Below are positions 27,810 to 32,000 of a stretch of DNA of 32,000 bases, one piece after another. The notes below the pieces were generated by a model that was not told the DNA's origin, ran no database searches, and saw only the letters and a program-made list of their open reading frames with translations. Location of the stretch: NCBI GenBank assembly GCA_965250005.1, contig OZ252279.1, positions 450,001 through 482,000 of the forward strand. The letters are read 5' to 3'. This DNA comes from Demequinaceae bacterium. Its GTDB lineage: Bacteria > Actinomycetota > Actinomycetes > Actinomycetales > Demequinaceae. Made by a program: the position numbers and the translations under genes. How positions within the stretch are numbered: the stretch's first letter is position 1; the number at the start of each line of letters is the position of its first letter.

Positions 27810-29012
27810 ATGGGTCTCGTGAACGAACCCGTGCTGCTCGTGATTGTCGTCACTACCGCTCTCGCATTCGACTTCACCAACGGCTTCCACGACACCGGAA
27901 ACGCCATGGCAACCTCCATTGCGACCCGTGCTCTTAAGCCCAAGCAGGCCGTGCTCCTATCTGCGGTGCTTAACCTCGTTGGCGCGTTCCTGTCGCTCGC
28001 CGTCGCTGCGACAATCGCCAAGGGAATCGTCGACTCCGGCATTGTGACGCTGGACATTGTCCTTGCGGGCTTGGTTGGCGGGATCATCTGGAATCTCGTC
28101 ACATGGTTGTTCGGCATCCCCTCCAGTTCGTCACACGCCCTCGTGGGCGGGGTAGTGGGCGCCGTGCTGGCGGCTGCGGGCGCTGGAGGCGTGTTGTGGG
28201 CCGGCTTGGTCGCCAAGGTGCTTCTGCCTGCGCTTCTCGCGCCGCTTGTCGCAATCTTGGTTGGCGCGCTGGCGACATCGCTCGTCGCGCGCATCACGAA
28301 AGACGTTCCGCAAGAAACAAACGACCGCATGTTCCGCTGGGGGCAGATCGGCTCGGCCTCGTTGGTCTCGCTCGCGCACGGCACGAATGACGCGCAGAAG
28401 TCGATGGGGATCATTTTGCTGGCGCTCATCGCAGCGGGCGCAGTGCCGCACGACTCGTCGGTGCCGTTCTGGGTTATTCTCAGTTGCGCGCTCGCCATGG
28501 GGGTCGGTACCTACACGGGCGGTTGGCGCGTCATCCGGACTCTCGGCAAAGGACTGGTGGAGCTCGAGCCGCGTCAGGGCATGGCCGCCGAGTCGTCGTC
28601 GGCCGCCGTCATCTTGCTGTCGAGCAGTTTCGGCTTCTCCCTCTCGACCACACACGTGGCCACGGGATCGATTCTCGGCTCGGGCGTCGGGCTCAAAGGC
28701 GCATCCGTGCGGTGGTCGGTCGCAACGCGAATGTTTGTGGCTTGGCTCATCACGGTGCCTTCAGCAGCGCTCGTGGGCGCAGCGTTCTACGGACTCGGTC
28801 GGGTCATCGGCTCCTACGCGGTCTTCGGACTCCTCGTTGTCATATCCGTCGCGATCTTCGCGAGGTCGCGAGTTGCACCTGTCAATCACAGGAACGTGAA
28901 CGACGAATGGGAGCCCTCCAAGGATTCCGAGTCCGTCATTGCCGAGGCGGTCGCCGAGCACGATCCCTCGCGACTCACCAAAGCTCCCACTGACCGAAAC
29001 CCGCTGAGGTAG
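27810..29012 (+). CDS. pit: Inorganic phosphate transporter, PiT family
   Basis: The 400-aa polytopic membrane protein carries the duplicated PiT signatures FDFTNGFHDTGNAMATSI and LAHGTNDAQKSMGII. Confidence 0.9.
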   Translation: MGLVNEPVLLVIVVTTALAFDFTNGFHDTGNAMATSIATRALKPKQAVLLSAVLNLVGAFLSLAVAATIAKGIVDSGIVTLDIVLAGLVGGIIWNLVTWLFGIPSSSSHALVGGVVGAVLAAAGAGGVLWAGLVAKVLLPALLAPLVAILVGALATSLVARITKDVPQETNDRMFRWGQIGSASLVSLAHGTNDAQKSMGIILLALIAAGAVPHDSSVPFWVILSCALAMGVGTYTGGWRVIRTLGKGLVELEPRQGMAAESSSAAVILLSSSFGFSLSTTHVATGSILGSGVGLKGASVRWSVATRMFVAWLITVPSAALVGAAFYGLGRVIGSYAVFGLLVVISVAIFARSRVAPVNHRNVNDEWEPSKDSESVIAEAVAEHDPSRLTKAPTDRNPLR

Positions 29013-29019
29013 GTACGCC

Positions 29020-29256
29020 GTGTTCAGTGCTGTGGATTGGGGAGCGCTCGCCAATGTGGTTCTTGTTGGCGTGGTGGTAGGCGCGGGTTTGCCCGGCCTA
29101 TACGCGCTAGGCGTGAAGGCACTCGCTGGTCCTGGCGCGCGACGCGCGAGCGGGCGTGTGGCGCCACTTCGCATTGCTGTCGCCGTCGGATGCTTCGCCG
29201 TGGTTGTAGCGGCGGTCGCCGTGGCTATCGGCCTACTCGCCTCAGGCAGCCACTAG
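29020..29256 (+). CDS. Small Ala/Val-rich membrane protein, function unknown
   Basis: The 78-aa ORF has two hydrophobic segments. Its GTG start is 7 nt after the pit stop and follows AGGTAGG. I recognise no family, and in DNA this GC-rich it could be a chance ORF. Confidence 0.4.
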   Translation: MFSAVDWGALANVVLVGVVVGAGLPGLYALGVKALAGPGARRASGRVAPLRIAVAVGCFAVVVAAVAVAIGLLASGSH

Positions 29257-29278
29257 GCGGCGCATCGTCGCCTGCGCC

Positions 29279-32000
29279 TCAGCGGGTGTCGTCGCCTCCG
29301 GTGACCACGGCAGCGCGCCCGGCCTCGAGGCGCGCCACGGGAATCCTGAACGGCGAGCATGACACGTAGTCCAGGTCAACCTCGTGAAAGAAGTGAATCG
29401 ACTCGGGGTCGCCACCGTGTTCGCCGCACACCCCTAACTTGATGTCGGGCCGCGTCGCGCGACCCTTTTCGACGGCAATCTGCACCAGCCGGCCCACGCC
29501 CAACGCATCTACGGACTCGAACGGCGAGACGCTGAACACCCCATGCTCCGTGTACTGGTGGAAAAACGCCCCCTCGACGTCGTCGCGAGAGAAGCCCCAC
29601 GTGGTCTGGGTGAGGTCGTTGGTGCCGAACGAGAAGAACTCGGCGACCTCCGCGATCCGGTCTGCGGTGAGCGCGGCACGCGGGAGCTCGATCATCGCCC
29701 CGACAGGAATGTCCAGTTCGACCTTCTGCTCCTTGGCGACATCGGCAAGCACCTTCGTGGCCTCGTCCTTGACTAGATGAATCTCCATGACAGACGCCGC
29801 AAGCGGAATCATGATTTCGGCCTTTGGCGTGCCCCCTGCCTTAATGCGGGCCGCGTGCGCTTCCGCGATGGCACGCATCTGCAGGGTGAACAAGCCCGGG
29901 ATAACGATCCCGAGCCGGACTCCGCGCAGGCCCAACATGGGGTTGGCCTCATGCATGCGCTCAACGGCGGCCAACAGCAACTTGTCGCGCTCCACATCTT
30001 TGCCTTCTTCGCCGCGCTCGGCGGCGAGGGCCACTTTGACGGAAAGCTCGGTCAAGTCGGGCAGGAACTCGTGAAGTGGCGGGTCGATTAGCCGAATGGT
30101 AACGGGGAAGCCGTCCATCTCTTCGAGCAGGTCGACGAAGTCTTCACGCTGGAGCGGCAGGAGCGCATCCAGGGCCGCTTGCTGCTCGGCTTCTTCCGTT
30201 GCGAGGATGAGTCGCTCAATGAGCAACCGCCTGTCGCCAAGGAACATGTGCTCAGTGCGGCACAACCCGATTCCGGTCGCGCCCCATACGCGCGCCCTCT
30301 TGGCGTCCGCCGCCGTGTCGGCGTTTGCGTATACGCCCAACGTGCGAGCTTCGTCAGCGTGCGCGAGGAGTGTATCGACCGCGACAACCAACTCGCGGGC
30401 GTCCTCGTCGTCGGCTGCCAGTTCGGACAGCGCGACCTCCAGTCCTTCCTCGAGGTAGCGGACCACGGGGGAGGGGACCACCGGCACGCTGCCCAAGAAT
30501 ATCTCGCCCGTCGCTCCGTCAATGGCAATGATTTCTCCCTCACCAACCTTCTTACCGCCCGCGGTGAACTTCTTCGCGCGGACGTCGACATCTAGCTCCT
30601 CGGCACCCACGACACACGTGGTGCCCATTCCGCGCGCCACCACTGCGGCGTGTGACGTCTTGCCGCCGCGCGAGGTCAGCACACCGACGGACGCGATCAT
30701 CCCGCCCAAGTCGTCCGGATTGGTCTCTCGCCGGACCAGGATGACGTCCTTGCCCTTTTCGGCCCACTCCTCGGCGGTCGCAGACGAGAACACGGCTGCA
30801 CCAACGGCGGCGCCAGGTGAAGCCGACATCCCGGTCGCGAGTAGCGTGCGCTTCGCGTTGGGGTCGAACTGCGGGAACATTAGCTTGGTCAGTTGTTCGC
30901 CAGTGACGCGTTCGAGCGCCTCGTCCTTGGTGATGATGTGCTCGTCAACCAACTGGTTCGCGATACGAAATGCTGCTGCCGCCGTTCGCTTGCCGATGCG
31001 AGTCTGGAGCATCCAGAGTTTGCCGCGTTCAACGGTGAATTCGATGTCGCACAGGTCACGGTAATGATTCTCCAATCGGCGCATGGCCAGGCGGAGCTCG
31101 GCGAACGATTCGGGGTCGAGCTTCTCAAAGTCAGCGAGCGAAAGCGTGTTGCGGATGCCCGCGACGACGTCCTCGCCCTGGGCGTTTTGCAGGTAGTCCC
31201 CGTAGTCGCCGGTCATGCCTGTTGCCGGGTCACGCGTGAAGCAGACGCCAGTGCCAGAGTCTTCGCCTAGGTTTCCGAATACCATTGCGACCACGTTGAC
31301 TGCCGTGCCCAGATCATCCGAGATTCGTTCACGCCTGCGGTACAGGCGCGCGCGATCGGTGTTCCACGAGTTGAATACCGCCTCGATGGCAAGGTCCAGC
31401 TGCTCCCGGGGGTGCTGCGGGAACTCCCTGCCCGACTTGTCGAGGACGATTGCCTTAAACTCCGCGACCAGTTCGCGCAGGTCAGTGGCGGGCAACTCGG
31501 TGTCCGCCTTGACCTTGCGCGCCTTCTTCTTGGCGTCGAGCGCACCGCTGAAAAGATCGGCGTCAATGTCCAGGACTGTCTTGCCGAACATCTGGATCAG
31601 GCGCCGGTACGAATCCCACGCGAAGCGGTCGTCACCAGCGAACTCCGCCAGGCCCTCGACGGAGGCATCGTTGAGGCCCACATTGAGCACAGTTTCCATC
31701 ATGCCGGGCATCGAAAACTTGGCGCCCGATCGGACAGAGACGAGCAAGGGATCTCTGAAATCCCCGAGGCCGCGACTTAGGTCGTCCTCGAGTTGGCGAA
31801 CAGCCATGGTGACCTGCACACGCAACTCCGGCGGCAGGTTAGAGGTTTGCATGTACACACGACACGCGTCCGTCGCGATGGTGAAGCCCGGTGGAACGGG
31901 CAACCCCAGGTTGGTCATCTCGGCGAGATTCGCGCCCTTGCCACCGAGAAGGTCTTTGAGGTCCTTGCTGCCCTCGCTGAACTCATACACGTACTTGACC
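29279..32000 (-). CDS. ppdK: Pyruvate, phosphate dikinase (5' end just outside window)
   Basis: Contains LLGGKGANLAEM, the phosphohistidine motif RGGKTSHAAVVARGMG, and CGEHGGDP, and is colinear with Clostridium symbiosum PPDK as I recall it. The frame stays open to nt 32000 (..VKYVYEFSEG), which matches the conserved K-W/Y-V-Y-x-F start region. The true start is therefore a few codons beyond the window. Confidence 0.93.
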   Translation of the reverse strand, partial: VKYVYEFSEGSKDLKDLLGGKGANLAEMTNLGLPVPPGFTIATDACRVYMQTSNLPPELRVQVTMAVRQLEDDLSRGLGDFRDPLLVSVRSGAKFSMPGMMETVLNVGLNDASVEGLAEFAGDDRFAWDSYRRLIQMFGKTVLDIDADLFSGALDAKKKARKVKADTELPATDLRELVAEFKAIVLDKSGREFPQHPREQLDLAIEAVFNSWNTDRARLYRRRERISDDLGTAVNVVAMVFGNLGEDSGTGVCFTRDPATGMTGDYGDYLQNAQGEDVVAGIRNTLSLADFEKLDPESFAELRLAMRRLENHYRDLCDIEFTVERGKLWMLQTRIGKRTAAAAFRIANQLVDEHIITKDEALERVTGEQLTKLMFPQFDPNAKRTLLATGMSASPGAAVGAAVFSSATAEEWAEKGKDVILVRRETNPDDLGGMIASVGVLTSRGGKTSHAAVVARGMGTTCVVGAEELDVDVRAKKFTAGGKKVGEGEIIAIDGATGEIFLGSVPVVPSPVVRYLEEGLEVALSELAADDEDARELVVAVDTLLAHADEARTLGVYANADTAADAKRARVWGATGIGLCRTEHMFLGDRRLLIERLILATEEAEQQAALDALLPLQREDFVDLLEEMDGFPVTIRLIDPPLHEFLPDLTELSVKVALAAERGEEGKDVERDKLLLAAVERMHEANPMLGLRGVRLGIVIPGLFTLQMRAIAEAHAARIKAGGTPKAEIMIPLAASVMEIHLVKDEATKVLADVAKEQKVELDIPVGAMIELPRAALTADRIAEVAEFFSFGTNDLTQTTWGFSRDDVEGAFFHQYTEHGVFSVSPFESVDALGVGRLVQIAVEKGRATRPDIKLGVCGEHGGDPESIHFFHEVDLDYVSCSPFRIPVARLEAGRAAVVTGGDDTR

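Noticed and set aside
27440-28498. Long antisense ORFs opposite well-supported genes. Examples: 352 aa opposite pit; also 3536..4426 opposite pgk/tpiA, 14184..14999 opposite xerD/parA, 18772..19632 opposite cmk, 20933..21646 opposite der, and 15733..16377 opposite scpA/scpB.
   Set aside because: Stop-poor antisense frames are expected in DNA of roughly 65-70% G+C. The translations are Arg/Ala/Pro/Ser-rich and low in complexity, with no recognisable motifs, while the sense-strand genes carry clear family signatures.

Overview
High-GC actinobacterial chromosome, probably Actinomycetales-like judging by synteny with the Mycobacterium Rv1421-1451 and Rv1701-1713 blocks. The window is almost entirely housekeeping: about 36 protein genes and 1 tRNA.

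Gene layout:
- 1-5.4 kb (+): rapZ (5' partial), whiA, the gap-pgk-tpiA glycolytic operon, secG, rbpA.
- 5.7-12.5 kb (-): pentose-phosphate operon tkt-pgi-zwf-opcA-pgl, joined by overlapping stop/start codons.
- 12.6-21.9 kb (+): ctaB, then a tightly coupled string xerD, parA-like, scpA, scpB, rluB, aroH, tyrA, cmk, acyltransferase, der.
- 21.9-27.7 kb: a looser, mixed-orientation patch holding two small membrane proteins, a DUF1801 protein, tRNA-Pro(GGG), a SnoaL-like protein, an alpha/beta-hydrolase/OsmC fusion, a lower-GC CueP-like lipoprotein, tdk and an atypical SDR-like protein.
- 27.8-32 kb: a PiT phosphate transporter, a small membrane ORF, and ppdK (-, 5' end outside the window).

I recognised no CRISPR array, transposase, phage gene, defence system or secretion system, and I found no convincing novel multi-gene system.

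Observations most worth a second look:
1. A frameshifted Rdx/SelW-like CxxC gene remnant coupled to rbpA.
2. A 39-nt GC-rich hairpin repeat present twice, 626 bp apart. One copy supplies the C-terminal tail of the DUF1801 ORF.
3. yvcK/cuvA is absent from the conserved rapZ-yvcK-whiA cluster.
4. tal is absent from the PPP operon, with pgi in its place.
5. A 17-bp intercistronic stem-loop lies between gap and pgk.
6. The SDR-like ORF lacks the Gly-rich dinucleotide motif.

All functional calls rest on motif and family recognition by eye. No database searches were run.
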